Origin: Phoronis australis
Taxonomy: Eukaryota > Animalia > Phoronida
Reading direction: 5' to 3'
DNA length: 64,000 nucleotides
Assembly: GCA_002633005.1 (NCBI GenBank)
Contig: NMRA01000586.1
Span: forward strand, 198,628-262,627
Position numbers and translations under genes: made by a program. The notes beneath the pieces are model-generated. The model did not search any database. It saw only the letters and a program-made list of their open reading frames with translations, and was not told the origin of the DNA. Shown here in pieces: positions 11,801-24,729 of the stretch (the first letter of the stretch is position 1; each line of letters starts with the position of its first letter).

Positions 11801-14489
11801 GTGAGTTATACTGTCCTCAGATGGCTGTAATTAAAATTTCTTAATAGTTTGAGTTTCCCCTATTTTTTGGAGTTCATCTGCAGAAATGATGGTTATTGTC
11901 CTGGTCGGAAATCTTAAGATAAATGGACACGGCTTGATTGCAAAGAAGTTATTTGTTGTATTACAAATGATGCTGCTGTGTTATTGTGTTGCTGTGCAAT
12001 AAAAAACAAATTCTTCCAGCGCCTCGGCTGCTGTAAGGATTCTTAGGAATTTCAACTTTGGTTTTCGTATTGGGATATTTTCACATAGTCATTGGAATTA
12101 TAACGTCTATATTGTAATTCAGTTACCGTGGCTCTATAGGCAGTTAATGTAGGTGTTTGAAGGCGTTAATTGCAAATCTTTTGACAGGAATTCCGAAAAA
12201 GGTCACCCAGGAAGATAGACAAAGTAATGAAGTTTGTCAATTTCACTGTTGGCTTTGAACCGTTCATTTCTCGTACAAATTGTTTTAATTTGACTTGAAA
12301 AGTTGTTAGTTTCGTTTTTGTTTGCTTCACTGTGCCACGGCTCTCTCGGATCCCAGGATTAAGCTTAAACTGACATTAACACTGGTTATAAGATGCTTTA
12401 TAAGATCTCGGGAGATGACAGTGGAGAAGTGGGTAAAGAGGAGTTTTAGGTGAAATAGTTGGGTTTCTGTGAAGTCGCGTTTGGAATGTTGATGAGAAAT
12501 AGGAGACACCTGCTGTGTTGATTGTCGTTGTTGAGGTTACGCGTGATCTTACTGGCAAGGCTGTACATTTAGCAAAATATCGACAAAACTACAGAAGTTG
12601 GCTCAGCGAAAGTATTTTCTGAATTTCAGCAGAAATTCCATAGAGTTTGATGATTGGCATCATACCAATCTGCCATTATTAAGCTCACATCACTTTGCTT
12701 TTTTAGTAAAAATTTAGCAGAAATTATCTACATTCTCAAGGTAAAATCTTATGAACACTGGTACTGTTTCCTAGGTTATTGTTTCATTTTCATTTCAAGC
12801 GCCTTCAAAGTTTTTTTTTATGAAAATCTTATTAGTCCTAGTGTTGATAGTCCTGATATGCAAAATTGTAACATTTTAAAGACCATTCCCAACAACATTT
12901 TGGAGAGGAGTGCATACAGCGTAGTATCTGAGCTTTTCATCTTGGTGCTACTGTTACTACTGAGATAGGATGTCCTGAATTTGGCCAAAACTAAACATTT
13001 TTCTAAGATCCTTCATAATTTAAACCATTCAACAGTTTCGGTGAGTAAAAGTCACTCTCTTTTTAAACCTAAAAACTATGGATCTCTACGCTTGAAAATC
13101 AGGAGTATTGCTTCTCAATAGAAAGTTTACTTGACAAATGTCTTTGTGAATGAAAGAATTAATTTTATTTAATTATTTTACAATGAATGTGTTTTAACAG
13201 GTTTTAAATATGAATATTGCATACAGTAGTTCAAGTATAACACCCGGCCCATATGGCTTTCTATTCACTGCTTGCAGTGTAAAAATGTACTTTTATTTAT
13301 GTTTCAGAAAAGTATTTTAATTATTACGAAAACATTTCTGATGAATTTGAAAAGTTGTCAAAAAAGTTTCTAGCCTCATTTTATTCAGGGAGTGGAAACG
13401 GTTCCATGGCTACAGTATAAATTCCGATCCTTTAAGCTTCAGTCCTGGACCTGCAGTATAAATCCCATGTCCCTTCACTCCTCACACTCGCCTAAAAATC
13501 TCCATACACGACCACCAAAATCCAGATAGCTCACTTCGGAATTGTACGAAGAATCGTGACTACCCGCATGAATCAGTCCCAAACAGGGGCTAGACTAAGT
13601 TATCAAAATCTTCTGTGCATTTGTGTCTTTGTTTATTAACAATGATTTTCTGTCACTGTATCTTTGTTATGAGCTCCTGTTTTACGTTTATCTTTTTCTA
13701 AAATTTACCCATTATTATTTCTATTCAGATAAAACAATATTACGAATTCAATGTAGATTTCACTCTCTGCGTGTATGAACACTAGAAATTGACAAAATTG
13801 TCATAGAAAGGACAATCAGTGTTTTCACAAGACCTCAATTAGCGTAAAATGTTAAAGAACATAGCTGAGTCCCTACTGGGAAATGTTTGTTGAAACCAAA
13901 CATTTGGTCACTGTCTGATAAGCACTGTTCTTGGGCAGCAGGGTAACGGATCTGGGGATTTGTGCCGCCAGTTTGGTGTGTACTGTGGACTGAGGTTTAG
14001 AGGATTGTAGCTGTAATTTAGAGGCGCGGCCATGGAGTTGTTTCCTCTCCTTGATACACTGTTTATCAGAAATGGTTGTGTGGAGTATAAAGGCACACAA
14101 AATAAAGTTGGTTTGTTCAACACTGAGGTCATACAAGTGACTTTATTTAATGAGCTGTTTTCTTATTCAATATTTGTGCACACGTTTTGTTTTCGTTTCT
14201 GTTGTAACCTTGCATGGGCTGCTAAGTCTCCGAATATAAAACTTGGAACTCTTGTTAATTTTGCCGCCAATCATTCAAACAAGGCTTCTTTCTATGGTTA
14301 GTTTCTGTGCAATGAAGTGCAGACTAGTGATGCTTTGTTCAACATTTACTATAAGTCAAAAATGATGAATGATGAAGTTTCTTCAAAATATTTTGGATAG
14401 CAACAAGCTAAAATTGGACTCCACTTTGTGGTTGTGTTGTCTTTAAGTTATTTTCTTACTGTTTAACTAGTCGCGTTCTCTGTCCACAG

Positions 14490-14741
14490 ACAGCCACGCT
14501 GGGCTCACAAGAGGGCGCCTTTGAGAACGTCCGCATGACTTACAGCGGAGAACAGGGTCAACAGATCCGCCAGCTAGTCACGTCTCACGTACTGCGGCGC
14601 GTTGCCATGTGTTGCCTGGCATCACCACGGGGACGACGACAACATCTCGCTGTCAGTCACGAGAAGGGGAAGATAACATTACTCCAGCTGTCAGCGCTAC
14701 TGAAGCAGGCGGATTCGAGCAAACGTAAACTGACATTAACA
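14490..14741 (+). CDS. UBR4: UBR4 exon
   Basis: [29 protein letters not shown]...KRKLTLT. Confidence 0.96.
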
Positions 14742-15227
14742 GTAAGTTGAGATATTGAAGTGACAACACAGCTATTCTCGTGACTGGCAACTTTTTTTTA
14801 CAGCATTGTGAGGTGAAATGTTATGTGGCGATGCTGTAATTGTCGTTATTGACAAGAAAATTTAAAACTATAACGGTGTTTTGGTAGTTTTACTGTGCCT
14901 CCTGTAAGCATGCTTTAAATGTTCAACTTAAAGCTGTTAATTGGAATATCTTGTTATTTTAAATGTCACATTTATTTGTTAGGTGGAATATCTTGTTATT
15001 TTTAAGTGTCAAACTTAAGGTTGTTCAATGAATTGTTATTTTAAGTGTCAAACAGTGTTTAGATGAAATGTCTCGTTATTTTAAAGTCCCATGCTGCACT
15101 AGTTAGGCCAAGCAAAGGTTGCAAAGTTCAAACTTTAATAAATCAAAATAGGGGTGTTGAATCTTCCATTACGAAATCAGTGAAATGGAATGCTAAATAT
15201 ATTCAGTTGTAACATTAAGAACCAAAA

Positions 15228-15418
15228 CAAAAGGTTCTACTCTAAAACTTGAATCAAAGAAAGCGTTCCACCCTAAATTGTGAACCAAGTCAAAGGGCTC
15301 CACCCTAAAACTTGAACCAAATCAAAGTGTTTCACCCTAAAACTTGAACCAAAACAAGGGGTTCCTCGCTAAATCGTCAACCAAAAATCAAGGGTTCCAC
15401 TCTGAAACATGAACCAGT
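15228..15418 (+). repeat. ~30 bp degenerate minisatellite
   Basis: About six units of aaccaaaacaaagggttccaccctaaaacttg. Confidence 0.8.
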
Positions 15419-15463
15419 GATGTCGTTACCTGCATTCTCTATTTTACGTTTTCTTCCCTCCAG

Positions 15464-15553
15464 CGACTATCCTCTGCACCAATCCCGTTCACTGTGCTGT
15501 CAATCATTGGTAATCCTTGCAACGAAGACTTCCTGGCTGTGTGCGGTCTGAAG
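15464..15553 (+). CDS. UBR4: UBR4 exon
   Basis: [30 protein letters not shown]. Confidence 0.95.
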
Positions 15554-16141
15554 GTAAGTACAGCGATTAATTGGACAACATAGCTCTCCAAGTGATATTT
15601 AAAGTGCATTTTTAGGAAATTATGATTGGCTTTGTTGAAAATATCGTGTTTACTAATTATATTGACTTGTCATTAGAACTTTGTTTTATATATGGATTTT
15701 AATTTTTTTGGATGATTTCAGGGACATGAATCAATTATCGTCATTGTTATAAGGAATTTGTAAAGACTGTTAAAAAGTCTCAAATTGCAAGATGTACATT
15801 CTGCCCTTGTCTTCTTGGTCCGTCATGCTGAGTATAATTGATAAGATCATTCAAGTGAAGGCCGTTTTCATGTTTTCTCAATATTAAAGAGTTGTTTGCC
15901 AGCTATTAGCAGTTGCAGAGACATCGCCACCTAGTGGTGGAGTTGATGGTTTCAACTGTTACTAGAGCACAACACCACACCTGGAGTATGGACTCCTGCT
16001 CCATACATGGCCCTGTATGATTGCGCTAATTTGCATAATTTGTGTGCAGTTGTGTGTTAATGTACACCACTTTGTTCATCTTTGATGGACAAGCAAATCC
16101 AAAAAACAAAATAATATAGCTGACATTTCATTCTTCCCCAG

Positions 16142-16234
16142 GACTGCCATGTACTCACCTTCAACAGCTCAGGCAACGTGGCTGATCACCTGGTACTCCA
16201 TCCAGCATTAGAGTCGGCCAACTTCATCATCAAG
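16142..16234 (+). CDS. UBR4: UBR4 exon
   Basis: DCHVLTFNSSGNVADHLVLHPALESANFIIK. Confidence 0.95.
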
Positions 16235-16692
16235 GTATTTGTCTGTGTTGTGTCAAGAAGCACTCGCGTTTCCATGGCAACATTTCCAAGCAATTCACAT
16301 TTTGTTTTGATGGTTTTAATAACTGTGGTAATCTGGTAATTGAAGAACGGAAATTATAGACAGTTTTGTAAGGTAAAAGTATACATTTTGTGATAGTAGA
16401 AAGCTCGTAGAATTCAATTTTTGACGTTATACCAATCTGCCATTTAATGAGTCATATGACCGAAAAAGAGAAAAGGCATATTTATAGCAATACAGCAAGT
16501 ATCACTTTTCAATAACATCTTGGAAATTTTGTTTAATGCTGTTCATTACAATATAAAGTCTCAGAAATGCATATTCTTAATTAATTATTATTTTGTTTTC
16601 GTTTTAGTCCACTTAATTTGAAATTGGCATGAAGATTTCTTCATACAGGCCTTGTGGCTGTGCTTACTTATCTCCCCTGTCTCTTCCTGCAG

Positions 16693-16896
16693 GCCCTCTG
16701 GCTGCCCGGTTCTCAGACCCAGCTAGCAATCGTCACTGCCGACTTTGTCAAGATCTACGACCTGTCAGTGGACGCCATCAGTCCCCTGTATTACTTCCTG
16801 CTGCCTACGGGCAAGATCCGCGACGTCACATTCCTGTTCACAGAGGACAGTCACACGATGATGTTGATGTCCTCGGCAGGCTACATCTACTCACAG
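16693..16896 (+). CDS. UBR4: UBR4 exon
   Basis: ALWLPGSQTQLAIVTADFVKIYDLS...SSAGYIYSQ. Confidence 0.96.
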
Positions 16897-17315
16897 GTAG
16901 TGTGTTCAGCAACACTTTTAATCCACACAGAGGCAGTATTTAATCACAAACATATAGGCATATCGTATGATGTGTGAAATAGCCTTTTCTGTGAGACCAC
17001 AGGGTAGTGAATGTCTGATAGGAGCAGTGTTGAATAGGTCACCACAGAAGAGAGAGGGAAAGGCTGGTAGTTGTAGTAGTAGTGAATAGGGCACCATTTT
17101 GTGATGGTGCTGTTCATGTCTTTGTGTCTCAACTAAGTTTTCTTGCAGCGACACTGCATGCTGGGAATGTAAGGCAATACAACAGGGCGGCATTAAACTT
17201 CGCAGTTTTCGACATTGATATAATCAGTGTGATGTTCCAGTCATGTTGTAGAGACCCAATTTACAGTGTTACTACTCAGAATATGCCTAACCATGTTGAC
17301 TGCGTTGTGTCTCAG

Positions 17316-17481
17316 GTAATGGACGCATCAAGTAGCGCAAGTCACGGGCCGTTCTACATTACCAACGTCATCGAGGTCAAACACAATGACCTGAAGGAGA
17401 CTGGCGGACAAGTGGCAGGGGGCGGAGCCTCCATCTATTTTTCACACGCCATGCAGCTGGTAGTGTTCAGCTATAGCCAGG
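17316..17481 (+). CDS. UBR4: UBR4 exon
   Basis: VMDASSSASHGPFYITNV...VVFSYSQ. Confidence 0.94.
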
Positions 17482-17844
17482 GTAAGTGGAGATCTGTGGC
17501 CACTGTAGGAGAAACCCACTATGTGGAGCTTTGATGGTGTACTGAATGATTACAACATTACTAGGGATTTGGTTGTTTTTAACTGACTGACTAGTGCTTG
17601 TTGGAGGTATGCCCGTTGCTTTATTTGCAAAATCCTTCAGAGGTGGAAAGTTGAAGCAAAATTTTCACGTTCATTTTCATGTTCATTTTCATGATTTTTT
17701 CAACTTTCTGCTGGGTTTTTGTCATAACTTTGACAAATTCAAGTAAAGTTTGACAAAAATAATCAACTATATCATCTTTTCTTTGTCAGTTTAGCCTGCT
17801 GTGATTGAGACACATTTTGGTGGAATTAATACTTTCCGTGTATA

Positions 17845-18078
17845 CTCCCCTCCGTGTTTTGTTCCTTTAAGTTCCTGGTGGCCCCTTCATCAACAATAAT
17901 ATGATGTTGGTACTTGACCTCCTCCTATGTGTTTTGTTCTTGTAAGTTCCTGGTGGCCCCCTTCATCAACAATAATATTATGTTAATACTTGACCTCCTC
18001 GTCCGTGTTTTGTTCTTGTAAGTTCCTGGTGGCCCCCTTCATCAACAATAATATTATGTTGGTACTTGACCTCCTCTT
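17845..18078 (+). repeat. ~75 bp triplication immediately upstream of an acceptor
   Basis: Three copies of gttcctggtggcccccttcatcaacaataatattatgttggtacttgacctcctc. Confidence 0.9.
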
Positions 18079-18088
18079 ACCACTGCAG

Positions 18089-18161
18089 GCAAGACATTCC
18101 TTGCTCCTGTCCCTGCGTCCATGGAACAGATGAAGACGGTGTTCCCTGTACCCTTCAAGAG
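18089..18161 (+). CDS. UBR4: UBR4 exon
   Basis: KTFLAPVPASMEQMKTVFPVPFK; phase 1-2 fits neighbours. Confidence 0.88.
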
Positions 18162-18614
18162 GTTAGATCTTTTTCAGTACTTCCTCTTGGTTTCCATGTA
18201 TGTGCGTAACGTTTGTGTTTTTATCATATCTTTTGTTCATGGACTCATAAACAGACTCAGCTATTCCTGATGCAGTCGTTCTTTGTTAAACATGAGATTA
18301 TTAAATAGTTTCTGACTCAACCTCAAGATATTTCTCTTCATATTATATAGGTACGCCATCTCTTGGTCAAATGGTGAACAATTCATACATTTTCCTGACA
18401 AAACTCTTGGAGTGTCACTCAAATTTCACAATGCATTGAACTCAGCCGCTCATGTATTTCAAGGATGCCCGTGCAATGTAATGAAAGTATTCAGCAATTT
18501 ACGCCAAACGAACATCATGGCTGCTAAACTACTCAAGACTCTCATGTGCATTAAACACAGTCTCCTTGTTGCCCACATGTTCCTTTGTTTTCTATCGGCG
18601 CCCTCTTTCTGCAG

Positions 18615-18834
18615 TAATGGTGCCAAGGCCAACAGTAATTGTGCACTGGTCCAGTGGTCAGAGGTGGCCAGTCACCCGGGTCTATTCTTCTGCATGTCTC
18701 AGGCCACTAACAACCCTGTGGTGTTGATGGTCAAGCCTGACAGTGTCCAGGTCCAAGAGGTCAAGGTCATGCCAGCCAAGGCGCGTATACAGGACATGGT
18801 GGCCATCAGGCATGCAGGAGCCAACTCAGATCAG
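18615..18834 (+). CDS. UBR4: UBR4 exon
   Basis: NGAKANSNCALVQWSEVASHPGL...IQDMVAIRHAGANSDQ. Confidence 0.94.
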
Positions 18835-19564
18835 GTGAGTTGGGGAAGGGGAGGGAATGTAGTGGTTTAGGGATTACAAGCATGAGAGCTGGATTGGAAA
18901 ATGTGCGTTAAAACTTAATTTAGGTTAAAGCTTATTACGTAGAATTTGTAATAAAAATTTTAAATTAAAGAAGTTTGTTAAGTGCGTTTTGTGACTTATA
19001 TTTCATGAATATACCTGGAGTATGGGCAGGGTGGTGCTTGTGGGACTAGAAGCCAATGAATGATTTTGGCGAATGAAAATAGGGTGATCCCAGGTAATGT
19101 TAACTTTGGTTTTCACCCTGTGGACTGTTTGAGGCGGGTGCCTCACTGAGTGTCATTTGTGTCGTTGACAGTTTATCGCAGTCTTTTTCCAAATTGAATA
19201 TAACTACATTGACATGAAATTCACCTTGTCACTAGATGGCAGTAGTGTAGTTGATGGAAAGTCTTCTGTATTCTGTTATAATGGATTTAATGTGGGACAT
19301 TTCTTGAGCTTTTTTATTATGTCTTTATGACCTTCATTTTGTCAAGTTGCCACTCAAAAAGTCCGTGAATAAAAGAAATGTCAGTGGCATTTCAGTCCTG
19401 TCAACTCATCCGGACTTGCACACTGAAATTATAGGAAATTGGACGAAAGGAATGATGTTTTGTGCTCTCACAATGTTAAAGAGTTGTGTGAAGAGTATTT
19501 CCTATTAAACTGTGTCTGCCTCGTTAAACGTGACGTTAGCCAGAGTTTGTCTCTCGCCTGTCAG

Positions 19565-19718
19565 CGTACTACCATGATCCTGCTATGTGAAGATGGAAGT
19601 CTGCGTATATACATGGCCAATATTGACACTACCAACTACTGGCTGTCCCCCTCACTACAGCCACACAGCGCCATCTCTGTATTGAAACCTGCCAAGAAGA
19701 AGAAGACCACAAAGACAG
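19565..19718 (+). CDS. UBR4: UBR4 exon
   Basis: RTTMILLCEDGSLRIYMANIDTTNYWLSPSLQP...KKKKTTKT. Confidence 0.94.
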
Positions 19719-20366
19719 GTACGGGTCACGGCAGAGTTGCCGTTTTCGGGGGTGGATACAGGCTTTTGTCGGGGGGTTATTGAAGGTACTTCGTGTTGCA
19801 TGTATGCGAGTGGTGCATTCTTCTTAGATTATGGTCTTCAGGGAATCAATCATGGGTGCATTTGCCTGATACTCGATAAATAAAACACACACTTGTTAGG
19901 CTTTTGAACTAAAATAAAACTAAAAAATGGGTTCTTGGTTTGTTTTTAGTAAGTGAGTGAGTAGTATGTATTAGTTAATTTTCATTTCATCTCCAAACGC
20001 CTCTGGCACACAAGACGTACGATGATAATATTTTACAAACTAGGTATGTCCACAGATACTTACAAACTCATCATTTTATTTCTTGTACTACATATGCTTG
20101 AAAGTAAAGTTTGCCAGGGTTTCCAAGCAATGTTCCGTGTTAAACAATATCATTGCTGATAATAGTTTGCTTTTATTATGATGAAGCTAAAGCCGTAAGT
20201 GCAATATAACAAAGTCGTAGATATTGGTGAGTTTGAACAGGTGATCACCACTATCAAATTCTAGTGGTAAACCAATTCAAGTGGTATTCACTTGTGTTGA
20301 ACTTATTTTTGATATTTCTCATCATCCTCTTAGTCTCTATCTTAATGCACATTGTATTTACTCAAG

Positions 20367-20527
20367 GTCGTCCCGTGAGTCACGTGACTTTCCCCGTCGA
20401 CTTCTTCGAAAACTGCCAGGCAACGTCGGACATCGAGTTTGGCGGAAACGATGTATTACAGATATACAACGTTAACCAGGTCAAGAATCGTCTGAATTCT
20501 GAAGGAATGTATGTAGCGAGTACCAAG
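20367..20527 (+). CDS. UBR4: UBR4 exon
   Basis: [16 protein letters not shown]...[12 protein letters not shown]...MYVASTK; AAG acceptor. Confidence 0.93.
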
Positions 20528-20869
20528 GTGAGAGGAGGCTGAAGGAAACTTATAGTGATTGGTCAGTTATGGCTAGTTGCTGTTCTGGTGCCATGGTAAC
20601 AAAAATTCTTTTACATCTCATTAGAGGAGTCTTTGAAAAACAAGCTTGTGATATTTGAAAAGAATACTTCGCTTTGAGGATGGCTTTTTAGATTTGGAGC
20701 ACTGATCTTTGATGGGGAAAATGGTGGTTTTTGTGGATGAAAGCAATTGTCTTGTGGGAGGGTTTTTTTAAATTTTAATCACGTTTAATTCACTTTATCA
20801 CCAGATATTTAGTGAGAACATAACTCCTAGTGTTCCACAAAGAATTGTCTTTATAATCCTATCTTTCAG

Positions 20870-21089
20870 CCAACTGGCTTCACACTGGAAATCAACAATA
20901 CTAACACTAGCAATGTCATGGTCGGTCTACGCGTCCAGCTGGGTGGCCAGTCCCTAGAGAGGGCGCCTACCTACCTGGAGATCTTTGGACGTCACGTACC
21001 CATCGTGGGTCTATCCAAGGGACGTTGGTATGACGTGCCACTGACAAGAGATGAGTCACTCAGCGCTGACAGGAAGTTGCCGCTGTTTA
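20870..21089 (+). CDS. UBR4: UBR4 exon (DOC-like region)
   Basis: PTGFTLEINN...ERAPTYLEIFGR...RWYDVPLTRDESLSADRKLPLF. Confidence 0.94.
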
Positions 21090-21388
21090 GTGAGTGTGCT
21101 AGCAGTAGTCCTTAAAAATACTTCACGAAATTGTCCTCATCTTAAGTCAGCTAAATTAGATGCAAAGTTTGCGATAAGACTCTTTTTATGTGCGTTTCAC
21201 ATTGGCGTTGTTCAAGCTACGTACTGTATGTTGCTATTTAAGATAAGTTGTCGAGCTTATTGCATTTCAATATTAATTAAAGATCCAATTCTATTTTTGT
21301 TAAAAATTTTCCACACTCTGATGCTAATTATATGTTTGTCTCTATTCTTTTCTCTCGTAATCTTAATATATAATTAATCTATTTTCAG

Positions 21389-21807
21389 TCGGTCCCAGCT
21401 CTGACCCAGCCAGTGCCACTATGATTGACTCCGTCAAGGTGTACATCAAATCGAAGGAAGCATTTGGCTGGCCAGAGGACACCGAGGAATACCAGTCCAC
21501 GGCCAACACTAGCAGCAGTAAGCTCCCCGCCGTGCCTGGCTTGGGGTCACAGGTCAGCGACCCTGACCCCAACGCTGTCATCCCGGTGCCACTGACGATT
21601 GTTGATAGGTTGTTGGCCACGTCCATGGAGGTTCTTGACGGTTGTTTCGCTATGATCAGCGAAGACGAACGCGACGATCATCGTCAAGCAACGCTTGACC
21701 TCACCACGACCTTGCTGACTCTGCCAACCCCATTGCCAGTCCATCAACAGACGAAGCTGCTGATGTCGTCACTGTTCCCGAATAAAATGGCGTACCACAA
21801 CCACAAG
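21389..21807 (+). CDS. UBR4: UBR4 exon
   Basis: GPSSDPASATMIDSVKVYIKSKEAFGWPE...AYHNHK. Confidence 0.95.
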
Positions 21808-22041
21808 GTTTGTTTTGTCTTTTGTGAGTTGTTCGTAAGGTGTTCTGTTACCTGCCCTTCATTAGGTGCTTGGTGAGTTAGATATTTGTTCTCTACAGAT
21901 TGCCATGGATAATTAAACATAATAATTTTAAATTAATTTTGGGAAAATCATAACATTTTATTCAACCTCTATTGGTAGGAAATAGACACGCGTGTCTGCT
22001 GAAAAGTTGCGATTATATGGTTGTCATGTTTCTCTTATCAG

Positions 22042-22219
22042 GATCAAACACAGCTGGCACAAGTTGTCCAGTGCTTATCAGACAGTCGTGAAGGTGTTGA
22101 CCTTGACCCAGAGGCATTCCAGCGCCTCATTGTGACGGCCCGCTCACTGGCAGTCACTCGACCGACCAATCTTGTCCGTTACACAGACAGGGAGAGCACC
22201 CTGGTGGATACTTTGACTG
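22042..22219 (+). CDS. UBR4: UBR4 exon
   Basis: [12 protein letters not shown]...[26 protein letters not shown]. Confidence 0.93.
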
Positions 22220-22334
22220 GTAGGAGCCGGGTCTTTGCAGTTTGTCGACTTCAAAAATGTCTGAATTACTTTTCCAAAAATTGTTCATTTTGGATATTAA
22301 GAAGCATTGTATTTAGGTGCAAATCTATTTCCAG

Positions 22335-22478
22335 ATGTGAAGTTGACAGACCTTGAAGCCACAGATGAGACCGCATCCGAGGAGACGACCCACTTTGTGA
22401 CTCAGCTCATGTCTGTCTTCTGGCGACTGTTGGGGTCGCGACCTTCGAATCCAGCTTACGCACCTGTGTGTTTGCCAG
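22335..22478 (+). CDS. UBR4: UBR4 exon
   Basis: VKLTDLEAT...[29 protein letters not shown]. Confidence 0.92.
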
Positions 22479-22852
22479 GTAAATAATTTCTCCTGGTACA
22501 AATATTCGTTGTTGAATGTCAAGATTTCATTTCTTGAACATGTTCTAGTCAAAATATTAGTGAGCTGAAAGTCAGTCTTGTGTTGTAACGATTTCTTGTT
22601 TAACAACAAGTTAAACAGCTGCTATTTGGAAAACCCAACAGAGGGCGTGTTCACAGCTCATCACTTGCTAAGCTGGTGTTTACATGAGCTTGGGTGTTTG
22701 CTTCAATTATGTTTTTGACCAAACTTGTTTTTGCATTTGTTCATGATAATTGCGGAAGGCAACGTGATTTATGATTGGTCATCTGTAGTTGTGTTGATGG
22801 TGGTATTCACAAACTGGTTGTTCATTACATACTGGCATAAATTATACTAATT

Positions 22853-22877
22853 ACACACGCACACACACACACACACA

Positions 22878-22923
<46 letters not shown>
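22853..22923. repeat. (CA)n microsatellite
   Basis: Visible AC dinucleotide run. Confidence 0.97.
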
Positions 22924-22924
<1 letters not shown>

Positions 22925-23050
22925 TTTTAATATCAATACTCAAGGTGCAGTTCTGTGACTTGCACTTGATACAAACACTGGCAGGTCTTCACCATGTCCT
23001 CACTGTCATCTCGTTGCATCTAGCGTCAAAGTTCATGTTCATCCTTCCAG

Positions 23051-23172
23051 GGTTGACCCATGTTGAGGCGACTGTGGGAGCGTTGGTGGAGATCATCCAC
23101 GCTTTCACCACCTGTGACCTAGATATGGTCGCCGTGGCAACAAAACTTTATGTGCGACTGTTACTATGTGAG
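23051..23172 (+). CDS. UBR4: UBR4 exon
   Basis: [23 protein letters not shown]...YVRLLLCE. Confidence 0.95.
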
Positions 23173-23725
23173 GTAAGATTTCTTGCGCGCGGAAGTAATA
23201 TATTGTGAATGAGTTTGTTAACTAGTGTGTAACTTTGATATCACTTGACTTGTTTGAATTTGGTGCATAGTCTGTTCATAGATCTCAAGGTGGACGTGTT
23301 CATAAAATGTCAAATGTCCTTAGTGTTAAGATAGTGAGATTTGACAAGTTTTACAGGTTTTGTTAATTGCCGTTCCAGGTATTTCTCTATGCATTGATCT
23401 GATCACGAGGTCTCAGTGTTTGATTATGTGTCTGTGAAGTTTTAAAGCGCAGGCTTTACGCTTTGCTCATAGTCAGGGATATGGTGTGAGAGGGTTGCGC
23501 TTGGAAGTTTGTGGCTGAACTTTAGAGTTCTTACTTGGTGCTGTGAATCTAATGTTCTAGTGCAGTACGCCTGCATGACTGTTGAATGTTTACTGGGCAC
23601 TGTAACTTTTCGTTTTGTTGTAGGACCTCCATTTGATCAGTGTTTACTAGGCACTCTGTTGCAGGACGCCAGCGTGACATTTGAATGTTTACTAGGCACC
23701 TAAACTCTCCTTCACTCTGTTGCAG

Positions 23726-23834
23726 GACGCTACTGTTGCCTTCGCGTGCAAGCAGGCCATGATCCGTGTACTCAGACCCAAAACCAGGCGTCGTAAGGTG
23801 TTCATACCATCTCCTCCGAGGTGCAGTACCCCAG
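23726..23834 (+). CDS. UBR4: UBR4 exon
   Basis: DATVAFACKQAMIRVLRPKTRRRKVFIPSPPRCSTP. Confidence 0.93.
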
Positions 23835-24495
23835 GTAGGCTCTAGGTCTGTTCGCATCTTGTATTCTCCTACAGAAGAACGATATTGTCTTCGTTGTGGT
23901 AGATTGGCAGAATTTCAGACAGTGTTGTAGCCAGCAATTTTCCATTGATTTGGCACATAAAAGCTTAACTGCTTCGCTCTGAACAATTTCAGCTTCACCA
24001 AATATAACTTTTAATAATAGACTAAAATTTTCTTAATCTAGTATCAAATAAAATTCCAGCAGTCTGCCTCTCTGTGTGCTAGATACGGGAAGAATTAATT
24101 AATTTTTGTTATCCATTTGATGAAGTATTTACATAGTCGGTTTTGTAATTTTGTGCATCGTTGCCGTTACAACCTTTTATAGTTAACAAGCTAATTTCGA
24201 ATATTTTTTTTCGACAATTCGTAATTGTGGCCCTGTTGTGACACATTTGTCTAATGGCTACTTGAGAAGATAAGAAGTATACTATAGTCGGTATAGTACA
24301 CTGTGAAGCAATTAATGCAGAAATCTTAATTTAGAAGATCTTTGAAAAATTTCTTTCATTAGGTCATTCACTAGGTTGTACTGTCATGGTGAGTTGGGTG
24401 GGTTGGTCCATTAGGTGGTGGGTTAGTGTTTAGTTTGTTTGGCTCCTGTCTCCGTTGTTCTTTTTGAATCCCTTCATGAACTTCACTCTGCACAG

Positions 24496-24596
24496 GACGA
24501 AAGGAAGATGAGAAGACAGATACTGCCACAGCCCCCCAGGTGGAGCCACTTGAGGGCCAACCCCCTCCACCAGAAATGGACGACTTTGAAATATAT
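24496..24596 (+). CDS. UBR4: UBR4 exon (low-conservation linker)
   Basis: RKEDEKTDTATAPQVEPLEGQPPPPEMDDFEIY; phase 1-0; GTAAGT donor. Confidence 0.82.
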
Positions 24597-24729
24597 GTAA
24601 GTTGTAACCGCAAACAAATATGTTTTGTATTTTTGTCAGAGAGTTTTAACTATTATTAAGTGCTTTTCTGAGGATATTTAGTTTTCATGTAGAAGATTGT
24701 TGCCTGTGAGTGAGTGAATCAGTAATTTA

